From Callorhinchus milii (taxonomy: Eukaryota), in contig NW_024704743.1 in assembly GCF_018977255.1 (NCBI RefSeq), positions 23,996,001-24,060,000 on the forward strand: a stretch of 64,000 bases of DNA, given 5' to 3'. How positions within the stretch are numbered: the first letter of the stretch is position 1; each line of letters begins with the position of its first letter. The notes under the pieces were generated by a model. It was not told where the DNA came from. It saw nothing but the letters and a program-made list of their open reading frames with translations, and did not search any database. This document shows, piece by piece, positions 40,216 through 51,628 of the stretch. A program made the translations under genes and the position numbers.

Positions 40216-40730
40216 GTCAGTGAGTGAGGTGAAGGGACTCGGGATGGGCGGGGCGGGGCGGGCAGGCAGGGTGGGCAGAGCGGGCGGGGCGGGTGGGCAG
40301 GGCAGGGCGGGCGGGGCGGGCAGGGCGGGCGGGAGGGCGGGCGGGGCGGGCGGGGCGGGCGGAGCAGGTGATCGCCCGCTCTGTCACCTCGGACCTCGTC
40401 AGACGAAATCCTGTCCGGAGGGAAGTCAGACCCTCCAGTGACGTGACGTGACGTGACACCTCGCAGCGGGTTCAAAAACGCCCGCCTTGCGCATGCTCAG
40501 TGGCGTGCGGATCGGCTTTGTGGTGACGTGGCAGTGAGTGTCCGGGAGAGGAGAGGAGAGGAGGGCGGGGCCGGGCGTTGGTGGGGGGGGGCGTACGTGA
40601 TGACGTCAGGGGCAGGTAGCTGACGGCCAGTGACGTGCGGTCGGAGAGTTGGCAAAACATCAGGGAGTGGGGAAAAGCCACGTTGTCGGTTTGTAGCCGT
40701 AGCGAAAGAGAGGGGCACCGCGCGGAGAGG

Positions 40731-40785
40731 ATGTCTTCGCCTCCCGGAGACAAAGTGGAAGTCAAAGGGGGACACCTCCCCGCTG
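40731..40785 (+). CDS. DAP: Death-associated protein 1, coding part of exon 1 (55 nt)
   Basis: ATG in purine -3 context (aggATG); MSSPPGDKVEVKGGHLPA + G, donor GTaact; resembles human MSSPPEGKLETKAGHPPA. Confidence 0.95.
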
Positions 40786-40810
40786 GTAACTCACCGAACC
40801 AACTCGTCAA

Positions 40811-40860
40811 CTCACTCACTCACTCACTCTCAACTCACTCACTCACTCACTAATCACTAA
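40811..40860. repeat. (CACT)n microsatellite just downstream of the DAP exon 1 donor
   Basis: ctcactcactcactcact...cactaatcactaa. Confidence 0.9.
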
Positions 40861-41064
40861 CCGCCCTCCCTCCCGCAGCACTCGGGTGGAAGCCGAGCGC
40901 TGGTGTTGTTCTGCCCCGCGGGGGGTGGGGTGAGGGGGGGGGTCAGAGTGCAAGTGGGGGGGCGGGAGAGAGGGGGAGAGGGGGCGCCTCCCGGCGCGCG
41001 GGGGAGGGGTGGGTGGGGCGCGCGGGGGAGGGGTGGGGGCCAACTGTGCCCCGGGGGCAGCTCT

Positions 41065-42207
41065 GGACCCCCCCCCCCCCACAGAGGGTTGGACCCCCCC
41101 ACAGAGGGTTGGACCCCCCCACAGAGGGTTGGACCCCCCCACAGAGGGTTGGACCCCCCCACAGAGGGTTGGACCCCCCCACAGAGGGTTTGGACCCCCC
41201 CACAGAGGGTTGGACCCCCCCCCCCCCCACAGAGGGTTGGACCCCCCCCCCCCCACAGAGGGTCGGACCCCCTCCCCCCACAGAGGGTCGGACCCCCTCC
41301 CCCCACAGAGGGTTTGGACCCCCCCACAGATGGTTGGTCCCCCCCCCCCCCACAGAGGGTCGGACCCCCCCCCCACAGAGGGTCGGACCCCCTCCCCCCA
41401 CAGAGGGTCGGACCCCCCCCCCACAGAGGGTCGGACCCCCCCCCCCACAGAGGGTCGGACCCCCTCCCCCCACAGAGGGTCGGACCCCCTCCCCCCACAG
41501 AGGGTCGGACCCCCCCCCACAGAGGGTCGGACCCCCCCCCCACAGAGGGTCGGACCCCCTCCCCCCACAGAGGGTCGGACCCCCCCTCCACAGAGGATTG
41601 GACCCCCCCACACACTGAAGGTTGGACCCCCTCCCCCCACAGGGGGTTGGACCCCCCCCCCACAGGGGGTTGGACCCCCCCCCCCCACAGGGGGTTGGAC
41701 CCCCCCCCACGGAGGGTTGGACCCCCCCCCACGGAGGGTTGGACCCCCCCCCCCCACGGAGGGTTGGACCCCCCCCCCCACGGAGGGTTGGACCCCCCCC
41801 CCCCACGGAGGGTTGGACCCCCCCCCCACAGAGGGTTGGACCCCCCCCCCCACAGAGGGTTGGACCCCCCCCCCCCACAGAGGGTTGGACCCCCCCCCCC
41901 ACAGAGGGTTGGATCCCCCCTCCCCCACAGAGGGTTGGACCCCCCCCCCCACAGAGGGTTGGACCCCCCCCCCCCACAGAGGGTTGGACCCCCCCCCACA
42001 GAGGGTTGGACCCCCCCCCCACAGGGGCCCCCCCCCACAGAGGGTTGGATCCCCCCTCCCCCACAGAGGATCGGACCCCCCCCACACACAGAAGGTCGGA
42101 CCCCCCCCCCACAGAAGGTCGGACCCCCCCCACAGAGGGTCGGACCCCCCCCCCCACAGAGGGTCGGACCCCCCCCCCACAGAGGGTCGGACCCCCCCCC
42201 CACAGAG
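41065..42207. repeat. C-rich minisatellite, unit GGA(C)nACAGAGGGT(T/C), mostly about 20-27 bp, roughly 50 units
   Basis: Directly visible tandem array in DAP intron 1. Confidence 0.97.
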
Positions 42208-42283
42208 TCTGGCGCTGTGTCGCTGTCTGGCGCTGTCTGTCGTTGGGTTGTCTGTCGTTGTGTCGCTGTCGCTGTCGCTGTCT
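42208..42283. repeat. Degenerate (TGTCGC)n simple repeat closing the minisatellite
   Basis: tgtcgctgtcgctgtcgctgtc and variants. Confidence 0.8.
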
Positions 42284-43039
42284 CGGGGGCGGACTTCTCG
42301 TTTTTTTTTCTCATCGTATATTCTTAACTTTATAATGCGTCCTGCAAAGCGCCTTGAGTCGTGTCAACGACCCTTGTCAGCCACGGACTCGCGTGCAATG
42401 ATTACTGTTGTTGTTTCTTTATTAAAAAAAAGTATCTCCCACTCCGCACCCCCACCACCCCCCCCCCCCCCCCCCCAAGCCTGTATATATATATATATTA
42501 AAAAATGCAGCACATTTAAATCCTGACCTGGATTTAATGATTTTGGATGGATCTGTTTCCTGAATGGGATTACAAAGTGTTGTCAGTGCAACTTATTTGT
42601 CTGAGATTTTTTGGGGGGAGGAAGGGTTGGGGCGGTGAGTCATGTGCACTGTTTCGTTATATTTGCAAGACAGTGATTGACTGAGCTCAAGCTGCAGTGA
42701 TTTCAAAACATGAGGGCATCATCTCTTCAGGTTTCTTTGAAAGTTTAGTTTGAAAGCTACAAAGTAATCTCTTCCAAGTGTTCAAGTTGGCTCCAAGGCT
42801 CAGTGAGTGCTCTGTGGCCGTAAGCCATACCAGGCTGAAGGTTTTGAATCTGATGTCTGATCTCAGGCAGGTCAGCTATAAACAACAACAACTTGCATTA
42901 TATAGCGCCTTCACGCGGGGTAGTGTCCTGGAGCGCTTAATTGGTTCAGTGACACTCGGCTATGGAGGGATTGCTGCTTTAGATCTTTCGCTCTGACTTC
43001 TAGTAGACCTGTTTGGATCAGGACCATGGCTCCTATTGC

Positions 43040-43782
43040 TTGCGTATCAGCCTGGCTCATTTGGTTGCACTCGCGCCTCAGACTCATAAGGCGGTGGGTT
43101 CAAGCCCCACATCGGGACTCTGAGCTGAGTCTGGGCTGACACTTCAGTGCAGTGCTGGTGGCTGTGTTCTACATTGTGGAGTCCTGTAGCTCAGTGGTTA
43201 GAGCACTCGCTTTGCAAGTGAGAGACCTGAGTTCAATTCCAGGCAGAGGGCGAAACCTTGGGCAAGTTTCCTTACTCCACACACCTAATAATAATCCCTC
43301 CAAAACCAAAAACAATAATAAATTGGTCATTTTCAATCTACGACTGTTTGTGGGACATTGCTGTGCGCAATTGGCTGCCACGTTCGCCCACAAATATACA
43401 GTCAGTTCACTTTACAGTGTGTTCTGTGAAGCGCTTTGGGACGTTCTCCCGACGTGAAAAGCGCTATATCAAATGCAAGGATTATTATTATTATTATTAT
43501 TGTTGGAAATGCTGTCCTTCTGATGAGAAGTTAAACTGAGTGCCAGTTCAGGTGAGATCCCATGACAATATTCACATTGAGAAGGGAATTTCTCCCAGTG
43601 CCCTAACTGGCAGTTCTCCAGATAGAATTGGTCACTCACTCCACGGCTGTTTGTTGGACATTGCTGTGCGCATATCGGCTGCTGTGTCTACAAAACACAG
43701 GCATTACACTTTACAGTATGTATATCTTGTGAAGCACTTTGAGACATCTTCCCAACTTCAGAGGTGCTATATCAAATGTAAG
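43040..43782 (+). mobile_element. Old Deu-domain-type SINE split by a young SINE
   Basis: Head gggttcaagccccac...ggctgacacttcagtgcagtgctg to 43175; resumes at 43501 with tgttggaaatgctgtccttc...gatcccatgac...ggctgtttgt. Confidence 0.75.
43176..43500 (+). mobile_element. Full-length young tRNA-derived SINE (nested)
   Basis: Intact head, body and long (TTA)n tail. Confidence 0.93.
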
Positions 43783-43834
43783 AATTTTTTTTAGTAAATA
43801 TCCAGCTTACCAGACTCCAGGTATCCGGAATTTG

Positions 43835-45383
43835 AACAACAACAGAATTACATTTGTAAAGCACCTTTCACGTCGGGAGGACGTCCCAAGGCGCTGGACA
43901 GACAGAGTTATGGACCCGAGCTGGGGGTCAGGGAGGGTGAAGGGCAGGGGGAGAAGCCGGGAGATCGAAAGCACAGTTGAAGAGGAGGGTCTTGAGATGA
44001 GTCTTGAAGGTGGCAAGAGAGGAGGCGAGGCGGTGGGACTGCAGGATAGAGTTCTAGAGGGTGGGGGCAGAGTGGCAGAAGGCCCACCTCGCAGTAGTGG
44101 GGCGAGCAAGGCGGGGGATGTGAAGCAGGCCGGAGCCCACTGAGCGGAGGGAGCGAACAAGATGGTAATTATAATAATCCTTGCATTTGATATAACGCTT
44201 TTCATGTCTTCTAGACGTCTCAAAGTACTTGGTAGGGGGTTAGGAGGTTGCAGAGGTAGGGGGGGAGCAAGACCATGAAGGGCTTTGAAGGTGAAGACCA
44301 GGATCTTGAACTGTATCCTCTGTGTGATGGGAAGTCAGTGGAGTCGGGCGAGGATGGGGGTGATAGGGTTGCGGAGCCTGGTGCGGAAGAGGACACGGGC
44401 TGCAGAATTCTAGATGATCTGCAGCCTATGGAGAGAGGAGTTGGGGAGGTCAACAAGCAGTGAGTTTGCATAGTCAAGCCTCGATGTAATGTAATGAGGG
44501 TTTCGGCGGCCTGCGGTGAGACAGTGGTAGAGCCGGGCAATGTTGCAGTGTTTGGGGAAGGCAAAGCATGTAGATATTAAAGAGGAGAGGGCCAAGGACA
44601 GAGCCCTGGGGGACGCCAAACATGACAGTGTGGAGGAGAAACCATTAGAGGCAACAAAGTGGAGATGGTGAGAGAGATAGGATTCAAACCAGGCAAGGGC
44701 AGGCCTGCGAAGATTAAGTAAAGAGGCGAGGCGGTGTATGAGGATGGAGTGGTCGACAGTGTCGAAGGCGGCAGAGAGGTCGAGGAGGACAACGAGGCAG
44801 AGGAGCCCTGATCACAGATGTTCAGAATGTCATTGCTGACTATGACCAGCGCTGTTTCCGTGCTGTGGGACGACTCGTTCCAGGAACTTGGAGAGGAATG
44901 AGAGGTTAAAGATGGGGAGGTAGCTGGAGAGTAAGGATGGGTCCAGGAAAGGTTTTATCAGGATGGTGGTGATGAAGGCTGTTTTTAGGGGGATGGGAAT
45001 TGAACCGGTGGACAAGGAGATGTTGACGACGTCGGATAGGAGAGGGGCCAGAAGTTGGAGCTGGGAGATGAGAGAGGTGGGGATGGGATCGAGGGAGCAG
45101 TTGGTGGTTTAAGTTTGCGAATGATGGCGGTGAGGGAAGAGGGAGAGATAGGATCGAAGGAGTATAGGGCCCCCTCGAAGGGTGGGGGCTGGGTCATGAG
45201 TGAGAGGTGATGTGGTGGACAGGGCAGAGGTGGCTGAAGGTATCCCCTCGATTTTGGATTTGAAAAAGTCCAGGATCTCCTCAGTTGGAGTTTGAGGAGA
45301 AGATGGGCGAGGCGTGGGAAGGTGGATGGAGGAGACGGTTTGTGGTGGAAAAGAGAAGCCTGGGGTTGTCCTTTGCTCCCCAC
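43835..45383 (-). mobile_element. L2 LINE (about 1.5 kb, internally deleted) containing a SINE-tail insertion
   Basis: (AAC)n tail; SRLDYANSLLV, LSFLSKFLERVV, EILDFFKSKIEGI. Confidence 0.9.
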
Positions 45384-45764
45384 GCAAACAAATTCAGTGT
45401 TTGAGTGGGGGACAAAAAATGTAAAGCTTATGAGAAAATATTTTGGACCCTAATTTCCAACCTTTATGGTTTATAAAAGATTAAAACTTTCTTTCCTGCC
45501 AAGGTACTCAGCAAATTTTGCCTGCAGGTCATAATGATTTATAATCTCAGAGATGGAAGTAATTAAAAAATCATGGAGCTGCTTTTGCATACAAAAGAAA
45601 CGGTCCTTTTTCAGATTGAGTTTTGCTTGCATGTTATTAGTATTTTATAATATTTTATTATTTAATTGATTATAATGCAGCTGAAGGGGTCAATCTCATT
45701 GTTGATCACTGTACGATGATAAAACATAGCAATTTTATTATTCATTACACACTTAGAATTATAA

Positions 45765-46090
45765 TAATATTCTTGCGTTTGATGTAGCACCTTTCACACT
45801 GGGAAGATGTCTCAAAGCAATTCACAGAATTTACTGTGAAGTGTAGCAAACATGTATTTTGTAGGCCGACACACAGCTTTAAGCATGGCATTATCCCACA
45901 AACAGCCCATGAAATAAATGCCCCTCCAGTTTTATCTGGTAATTGTTGGCTACTGATAGTAGTTCCTTTTTGAGTTATGCTATGGGATCTTTAACGCTTA
46001 TCTGCACAGACAGATAGGACCTTGGTTTAACATCTATTGCAATGGACAGCACCTTTGACCATGCAATGTCCCCTCAACGTTGCATTTTTG
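45765..46090 (-). mobile_element. Old Deu-domain-type SINE remnant
   Basis: atgggatctttaacg, ccttggtttaacatct, ggacagcacctttgac. Confidence 0.65.
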
Positions 46091-46635
46091 ACTAGGATAT
46101 ATCAATATATCCTATATCAATAAGTGATTGATTAATTTGGGAAACACATTGCAGAATAATTTAACTTTTGACACACAAGAAAGGCCTATATCTAACTCCA
46201 TTAAGATCTCTTGTCAATTAACCATTAAATATCCACTTTAATCTGGTGAAAGTGGGCATTCCCGGTTTATTATCTTACCTGTTAGCTACTTTGAAAAGCC
46301 ATTGGCCAGAGTGTGTTGGAGCTCTGTGTATTGTGTGCTTGCCAAAGTTTTCGTGATCTCTCTTCCTTTATCTGAAGTACATTGTGCATTTACTTTGAGT
46401 GGGGAAAAAAATAAAGATCAGATGTTTCCAGAATGCAGATTTAAAACTTTAATTAAATAAAGAGAACGCAAGTTTTTTTTAAAAAAAAGAACTTTTTTAC
46501 ATCTAGTTTATTTCCTTTCCCATCCCAAGTTCAGGTCTCTGTGCTTTTCAGCATGAGAGAGTTGTACAAGTTGGCTGAAAGTGCATCGAGGCTGTATTCC
46601 CTCACTATGGCTGGGTAATACCTGGTATCCTCTTC

Positions 46636-46955
46636 AATAATAATCCTTGTATTTAACAAAGTGCCTTTTCACATCTTCGAGTTGACTCAAAGCGCTTCAC
46701 AGAATATACTGCAATGTAAATTGATTATATTTTGTGGGCGGAGCGCGGCAGCCAAACTCGCACAGCAGTGTCCCGCAAACAGTCGTGGGTTGAGTGACCA
46801 AATTATTATTATTATATTTTTTGGAAGGATGATTATCCCCGTAAAAGCAATCTGCCAATCGACTAACACACAGGTTCCTACGTTACTGCTAGGTAAACAA
46901 AGTATGCAAGGACCTTGCCCAAAGTTCGCCAGGAATCGAACGCACGTCTCTCAAA
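46636..46955 (-). mobile_element. Older long-form tRNA SINE
   Basis: aaaagcaatctgccaatc...caggttcctacgttactgctaggtaaac segment. Confidence 0.75.
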
Positions 46956-49546
46956 CCTTGTACTTCGAGTGTACTTCTGACATTGATATAGCAGAGTAAA
47001 TGATTTATTCTGTCTATAACCTGTGAGTGCTTATTTGTAAAATTGACCTTGACACACCAGAAAGAAAGCATTATATAATAGTATTGCTCAATATCTGCTC
47101 ATTTCTGAGGCTGTGAACCGAGTATGTGAAGAATCGCAACTGTAAACCCAGTCCTGCTTCTCAGACACAGCACATTGAAAGCACTTACAGTGCTATTAGC
47201 CCCGTGTTATCCAGGCCTTGTGATAACACTACTCAGTCCATATATTATATATTGCAATATTCTAGCAGGACTTTCAAATACTGTCAGTCAGAGGTACAAG
47301 AAGGTGACCTGAGTTGAACGGCACAGCAAAGAGAATGTGAGGCAAATAAAAAGCATGAACCGAGAAGTTGGTTTTATTTAATCACAGTACATTTTACTCC
47401 GTGGTAAAAGTTGTACAAAAAGACCCTTTGATCTTCTCTGGTACAGACAGAGAGGGTATGCAAGAAAATACGTGTCATTGTTGAATCATTAATTTTAATG
47501 TTTTTTTTAAAATACCAGATTATGGAGATGGAAGTGTTTGTATTCAGACTGAGATTTTGTTACTTCTCCATTTCAATGTTAGGATTGCTTGCTGTTGAGA
47601 TGAGTCTGCTGTAGTAAGTGTGTTAAGAACCTACCGTTCCTTACTCAGACATGTCCATTTTGCAAATCGGATTTTTAAAAATGAAAGTTTTATACTTTTA
47701 TGCAAATTGCTAGTGTGGTTTGTCTGCACAGATTTTAAGATCCACAAATGTTGATTGATAACACAGAGCTACACTGAAGTTTGGGTTTTGCTGTAAGACT
47801 GTACTTCTTCCCATCAAGAACAGATTCTGTGTAACATTTCCCAATGCTTCGACTACAGCAATACATACAGGTTTCTGAGGACGCCTGATCTCTACTTAAG
47901 ACCCTTTGCAGCTGAACGGCAATCAGAAACTCAATAGTAAAGCAGTTGAATATGTTGGTTCACTGGTACATTGGTTAACTATTTCTCCAGTTCAAAGTGG
48001 GTTGTAAATTCTCATTGGTACACTTTTTGGGACAAAAAATGCAATATCTATTCATTTCTGAACACGATCGATAATTTCATTATAGTCCCATACAAAACAT
48101 AGCAAGTGTTACCAGAGTCCCTATTCGGTAACTAGAGGAGAGGGTCAGCTGGATCTCCTATCACACGTCTATTTCACACCAGAGTAACTCCATTGCTGGG
48201 ACAATAATATGGTTGATACATGCTGGAGGGGATGTGGGGAGATTCATAATGTGTTCTATATATTCTGGAATTACAGCAGTATTTGTAAGTGTGTTCGCCC
48301 ACAACTACAGTCACTATACTTTGCGGTGAAATCCTGTGAAGCACACCTTGAAGACATGATACGGTGCTATATTCAATGTTAGGATTATTATATTATTAGT
48401 TGTGATTTCAGGGGAGGTTAAATAATCACGGGAATCAGTATGGATCTGAGTCTAATACATTTTATTGCAAGGGATCGTGCAAGAGATTTCTTTGGACCCA
48501 GATAGGGGTTGTCCAATAGAAAATGTATATGTACAAGAAGATGCAGCCTCAAAGGTGGCATCAGGTAGGAATATAGACTATTCCTGGTCATGGTGCTCTA
48601 CAAAGTGGCCCAAACAAAAGAGAATATTTATCATCCGCGTTGTTCAGAAAAAAGTTAACATCTGGTACCTATTTTTTCAAATATGTGTGCACAGTTCGTG
48701 GCCCTAAATTTGAATGAAGATCCATTGGATGGATTGATAGACAGATTGGTGAGGGATGTAGATTTCAGGCGCCTGACTATTTCTGAATCATAAAAGCGGA
48801 GATTCTCTCGGTCTCTCTTTCCTTTAATGGAAGAAGACTGTTTCTCTCTTCTCCCTGCTCCCCCCCCCCCACCTTTGAGGGTCTAGGAAAGTTGCATTTA
48901 TTGTAAATAATAATTCTTGTAGTTGTGATAGTGCTTACAGGATTTACTGCAAAGTGGAATGGCTGTGTATTTGTAGTTGAACAGGGCAGTTGTTTTATTT
49001 AAATGACTTGTCTATCTTTCTCGGCCACACCACTATATGTAAATATATATATATGTATGTATACTGTATATAGAATAATTGTAAAAATAATCATTGCCCA
49101 CCATCTCACTAGAAGTATCGTGACCTGTATTAAGAAACTAAAATATGTCATTTGAATTCACAGGACCTTGAGTTGCCTTGGAGATTTTTCCAGAATTTAG
49201 TTATTCCTTAGACGTCGTGATCACCTTGTGTCAGTAATTGCATAAAAGATTATAAAACAGTTTGTTACAAACAGCTTATGTGATATTTCATATTTAATTT
49301 CTTTCACCCTTCTCCCCCATGTAATGATCCCAGATGTAATAAAAAATGTACCTTGTAATTATGTCCTGTTATGCTTGACTTATATATTCTGTTTATTTCA
49401 TGTATGTGAAAAATTTAAAAGAAAAAAGGTTACCTTGAGAAAACATCTTTTCTCCAATTATACAAGGAGAAAATTCAAATCTCTAATATGCTTTTTTTTC
49501 ATTTTTTAAAAAGTTTTATACGAATCACTTTTTCTGTGTGTTGCAG

Positions 49547-49646
49547 TGAAAGCGGGTGGCATGCGAATTGTGAAGAAACATCAAAGTGCGGTCACTCCTC
49601 CAACACTTGAAAAAGATAAAGACATTGAAGGGTGGGAAAACACCAG
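49547..49646 (+). CDS. DAP: Death-associated protein 1, exon 2 (100 nt); later exons not found in window
   Basis: tgtgttgcAG / GTgaga; (V)KAGGMRIVKKHQSAVTPPTLEKDKDIEGWENT + AG; DAP-family VKAGGMRI motif in phase with exon 1. Confidence 0.95.
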
Positions 49647-51479
49647 GTGAGATTGACTCGAAAAATAATAAATCAACAACTTATATTAGGAAGTACAAAA
49701 CCCGACGTGACATCTGGTCATGGCTATGTTATTTTGAACAAAATACCTTTAACAAGAAGCCAATTAGTACCAGGCTTTTAAACCATAAAATGAACAGATT
49801 GAACTCCGCATGGTGGTATTATTTCCACTAGAGATCACGAGCCTGTTACTAAACGAGGACAAAATAGAATTATGTAATTACATTGCTTAAAACAACTTCA
49901 CAAAGCAATGAGAGTAACCAGAATGCCCCATTAGCTGAATTAGTAAAGATCTTTGCCACAGCCAAGTGAAATAGCATGAAGACTCCCAGATCAAGTCATA
50001 CATTCAATTCCTGATCTTAGCAAGAGCAATAGTGGATATGCTACACTAGATGGAAACAGGATAGGCTCAGTTGTGTTGCATGTTTGGTCAAATAGCCTGC
50101 CAACCTTGATGATTGTTTTGGCTCACACATAAAACATGGCCAATTAGATGAGGTACTGGAGGGAGCCTGAGGGCATGAGGAACAATCCCAGAGTGTGAGT
50201 CACTTCAAAAAACTGTGAATAAAGTCTCTGTGGTTGGGAAAAGCAGTGGATAATGGGGAATGTGCTGCATGACATGCTGATACCTTAGATAAGGAGAAAT
50301 GGGTTGAAGAATTAAGAGACATACTTGGTATTCTATTTGTATTTTTAGTTACATTCAATTCCGATCATCCAAATCAGGACATCCTAAGAATTGAAAGTTT
50401 ATGTTGCTGTTGTTGCATTATTTGAGCCGTCTCCATCCAATTGTACATGGATAAAGTGATTCATTGTCATCTGCCTAGCACCCGGAAGTATTATTAAAAT
50501 ACTTTTAGTTCTGCTGTGTGGTTTGACAGCTACAAATTTGAGAATACGTTCTAAATGAGTCCCACAAGGCTCTGGTGCTGAGAGCATACTTTTGCTTTAG
50601 GAGCTCAAACCGTCCATGCGTAATATCATTTGGCATAAAGATTATAGATTGCATTTGTTAAAAGAGCCAACTAACCAGTATAGATGAGAAAAGCAGGTTA
50701 GGGGAAACATGATGAAGGATGGGATTGGATGAAGTTAGATTGAACAGAATAATAGGAAGAGATTAATTTGTGCACAGCTTGGCAATTTTTTTCTTCGTTA
50801 AAGGTCACAATAATTTGAAAGACTAAAATTATTCAGTGAATAGAGAAGAATGTGTAGATAACAACAACTTTCGCACAAGTTTGTTTCACATAGGGTGAAC
50901 ATGCCAAAGTCGATGGGAATCACCAAGTGGGGAGGAGTTTGAGGGTGTTGTTCAAAAGCAAGATCAAAAATTGTTTTAAGAAGGATTTAAAGGCAGGTAA
51001 TTAGGGGGAGAGATACAGGCTGGGTGATTTAAAGGCTGAACCAATTGTATGTTGGGTGGATACGCATGGAAAAGGAGAAATTTAGAGTACGATAATGTTT
51101 GACGAAAGCATTGAAAGAATTGAGTTGTGGCAAACACATTGGGTTTTACAGAGAATGCCTTTGTTTGCGGTTTTGTCGCTAACCTATGGGCTTTGTTGGA
51201 ATTGGAACAATAAAGCCTGAGGCTATGTTCCTGTGTTTATATGCACCTATTTCATAGGGGTCCAAAGTAATTTTGGACAATCGTGTTTGAGATTCTTATC
51301 TACTTTATTTTAAAAACATTTTTAGTGCGGATTGAAAGCGTTGTATAAGATTCACAGAATTTTCTGTTACTTGATATCATTCAGATTACATGGTACCGGG
51401 AGCACGTAGGTGGAGTGTATTTGAAATGGGCCATTTGATTATATGGAGAGGTTCCAAACTCCTATAGTGGTAATGGCAA

Positions 51480-51628
51480 TTGTGGGACACTGCTGTGTGC
51501 AATTGGCTGCCGTGTTTCGCCCACAAAATATACAGTCAATTAATTTTACCGTATGTTCTGTGAAGCACTTTGAGACGTCTCGAAGACGTGATAAGACGAT
51601 ATATCAAATGCAAGGATTATTATTATTA
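51480..51628 (+). mobile_element. 5'-truncated SINE; representative of many short tail fragments (e.g. near 8600, 19760, 26030, 55590, 60300, 61135)
   Basis: tgtgggacactgctgtg...aagcactttgagacgtc...caaatgcaaggattattatt. Confidence 0.85.

Larger units (their letters stand above)
40240..41060 (+). promoter_or_regulatory. DAP: CpG-island promoter / first-exon region of DAP
   Basis: Sharp rise in GC and CpG; tandem GGGCGG boxes 40245-40362; TGACGTCA 40601-40608; several TGACGTG; NRF1-like TGCGCATGCTCA 40488-40499; contains the ATG exon. Confidence 0.88.

Noticed and set aside
41065..42207. CRISPR-like array
   Set aside because: No unique spacers, only variable C-runs; vertebrate intron; no cas genes
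40843..42526. Long Gly- or Pro-rich ORFs (400-505 aa) on both strands
   Set aside because: They are translations of the stop-free minisatellite inside DAP intron 1
28561..49646. Assignment as PKP4-DAPL1
   Set aside because: Exon translations match delta-catenin-specific sequence and the MSSPP N-terminus of DAP
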